Shown here: positions 61,923 to 64,000 of the stretch, one piece after another
Layout: every line of letters starts with the position of its first letter
How positions within the stretch are numbered: the stretch's first letter is position 1
NCBI RefSeq assembly: GCF_009914755.1
Contig: NC_060931.1
DNA length: 64,000 nt
DNA from: the human T2T-CHM13v2.0 reference genome, Homo sapiens
Reading direction: 5' to 3' (one strand)
The notes under the pieces: model-generated
What the model was told of the DNA's origin: nothing
The model's input: the letters and a program-made list of their open reading frames with translations, nothing else
Databases searched by the model: none
Translations under genes and position numbers: made by a program

Positions 61923-62529
61923 AAACAAACATGCTTAAAACCTAACTTGAGGTCCTATCCAAGGGAAAAACATGCTTTTTTTGTGGCATGTTTTATCTGA
62001 AAAGTTTTTTTTAACTATATTATTTCAGCTAAACTCTTTTTCTAATCATTTAGCAATAACACTCATAATTTGAGGATAGACGTCATTGTGTTAAATCGAA
62101 ACAGTATGTGGTCAGCACCAGTATACTTGCGGGGATATGCACCCAGGTAGAAGTTAATCATTATGTTCTTAAAGACCATTAGAAAAGTAATCTGAGAGTT
62201 AGTTTTATAGTTTTTTAGTTAGTTTCTTGTGAAAGCCATTATAGAGCATAGTGAAAAGGAGGGAAGTGAAAAAGGTCTCAGGGAATTAGGTATCCATGTT
62301 AGCTAAATGGCATTTCACTCTTGAGACCTAAGTTAACACTTGATTTCTGGGCTTTTGGTTTTACATGCCAAACAATGAGGCTGTTATACTTTTTAAATAA
62401 TCTATGCAATGCAATTCATCTGTTTTCATATATTATCTGAGTTCATTGTGAAAAGTTCAACCTATTTTTTGAAAAAGCTGATATTTTAGAGATCAGAGTT
62501 TAAAAAGTTTAGTGGGAAGATGATTAGGA

Positions 62530-62670
62530 TAGAAAAACTAACTATTGGATACTATCCTTATTACCTGGGTGATGAAATAATACATACATCAAACCCCCGT
62601 GACATGCAATTTATCTGTATAACCAACTTGCACATGTACCCCTGAAACTCAAAAAAATTTTAAAAACTTT
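62530..62670 (+). mobile_element. Short L1PA16/L1PB 3' end
   Basis: tacctgggtgatgaaataat...aacccccgtgacatgcaattta...gcacatgtacccctgaa. Confidence 0.8.
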
Positions 62671-62779
62671 AAAGCTATGTAAACAACACAGAAAACAAAC
62701 AAGAACACATCAAGGTGACATGACATGGAAACTCCATTTCACTCTTGAGTCACTTTCAATCGGATTTTATGACCAATAA

Positions 62780-62925
62780 GAATGACCACAAAAATAACTA
62801 TATGAGAAAAGGCAATCATTAATTAGCTAGATTTAACCATTCCACGATGTATATGTAATTCAAAACATCATGTTATACACAGAAACATACAATGTTATCT
62901 TTCAATTTAAAAAATAATGAGAAAA
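62780..62925 (+). mobile_element. Short L1MA 3' end
   Basis: taattagctagatttaaccattccacgatgtatat...caaaacatcatgtt. Confidence 0.75.
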
Positions 62926-63649
62926 AATACAGATATCTTCTACTATTTCCTACTGAAACACAATGGTCAAGTCTAAAATATTTTTTCTGATTCTTCAATA
63001 TTCTACCTTCCAGAGTAGATAAGATAGGGCCTCTATGTGATTTCTAAAGTCATTTGTTGTTTTAAGTTGACAAAATCACAAAGTTAGGTTAACCTCAATG
63101 AGCTTAATGTGTTACAGGGAATATGTAATGCTTCTGAATTTGAAAAATCTTATAAAATTTTTTTATGCAAATACGTATGTAAATCAAAATACATAATACA
63201 AAATACATGACATTCTCTTCCTATCCATGTGGAATAAGATTTCAACTCTTTAAACTGATCTACAAGGTCTTTTATGATAGACCCTCCTGTGTCTCCAATC
63301 TAGTTTCTTCAAGGAAAAAAAAAAATTCCTCAAAAAATATAACTCTTGTTTCCTTGAAAGGGAAGGATCTCTCAACATTGCTACTAAAACGAAACATAAC
63401 AAAACAAACACACACATAATTTTTTTAAAATATACCTCTCTTGGTGGTTTCTTCTCTTTAATTAGAACTTTAACCATACCCTTACATAGAATATTTTCCG
63501 GTATTCCCTGTCTCCAGGGTTCCTCATACCATCAGCTTACCAAACCAACTCCACTGTTATTCAATGTCTGAGCATCGTTTTTTGTTCTTTTATAATATAT
63601 ATCAAAATTTGCCATATTCAATCACTACTTCCCAATTCTTATTTTAATA

Positions 63650-64000
63650 ACCACGTGGTAGCATTTGACCTCCACCTTATATTCTTCCATCTCGTAGATT
63701 TTATGACACCATTTTCTCTGGGTTTTCCTCCCACCTCACAGGCTCTTCTTTTCAATCTGATTTGTTGATCTCTCACAAACCTCTACATGTTGTTTGCTCC
63801 ATGGTTCAGCTCAAGGGCCACATCTCCCTTCTAACTGCACTCTCCTCTTCCGTGATCATATCCAGTCCTGTGACCATGTATCATCTAGTGAGTGATAACT
63901 TCCAGATATATATCACCTGATCCTCCCCAATCTTCCCTACCTTGTTGATGACACTACCACCCATGCAATGTGTCAAGCCTCACTCTACAATCAGCCTTCT
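63650..64000 (+). mobile_element. L2 remnant
   Basis: gcatttgac...atgacaccattttctctgggttttcctcccacctcacaggc...gatcatatccagtc...gataactccagat. Confidence 0.7.

Noticed and set aside
62311-62749. 15-bp direct repeat catttcactcttgag 424 bp apart
   Set aside because: Does not abut the ends of the L1 fragment between the copies, so not a TSD; plausibly chance

Overview
AT-rich, repeat-dense primate genomic DNA, almost certainly human: it carries an AluYb8-lineage element with the diagnostic 7-bp duplication. It reads as intronic or intergenic sequence. Most of it is L1 fragments (nearly all long ones on the minus strand), about 15 Alus, MaLR/ERVL/ERV1 solo LTRs, L2/MIR remnants and DNA transposons (MER1A, Tigger3, MER5A). 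I find no intact or recognisable protein-coding gene, RNA gene or CRISPR array; nearly all ORFs in the track come from Alu, L1 or minisatellite sequence. The most notable items are four. (1) A 201-nt splice-site-bounded candidate exon (33405-33605, +) with coding-like codon usage, a hydrophobic product and one in-frame TGA; it may be a pseudogene exon or an unannotated last coding exon. (2) A 131-bp inverted copy of downstream sequence inserted into an L1PA (44020-44150 vs 45249-45379), with junction micro-duplications. (3) A 30-bp minisatellite of about 35 copies grown inside an MLT2A LTR and split by an AluY. (4) Several small template-switch or palindrome scars. I see no evidence strong enough to claim a new biological system. 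Repeat subfamily names come from recalled consensus motifs, not a database search, and boundaries of old elements are approximate.
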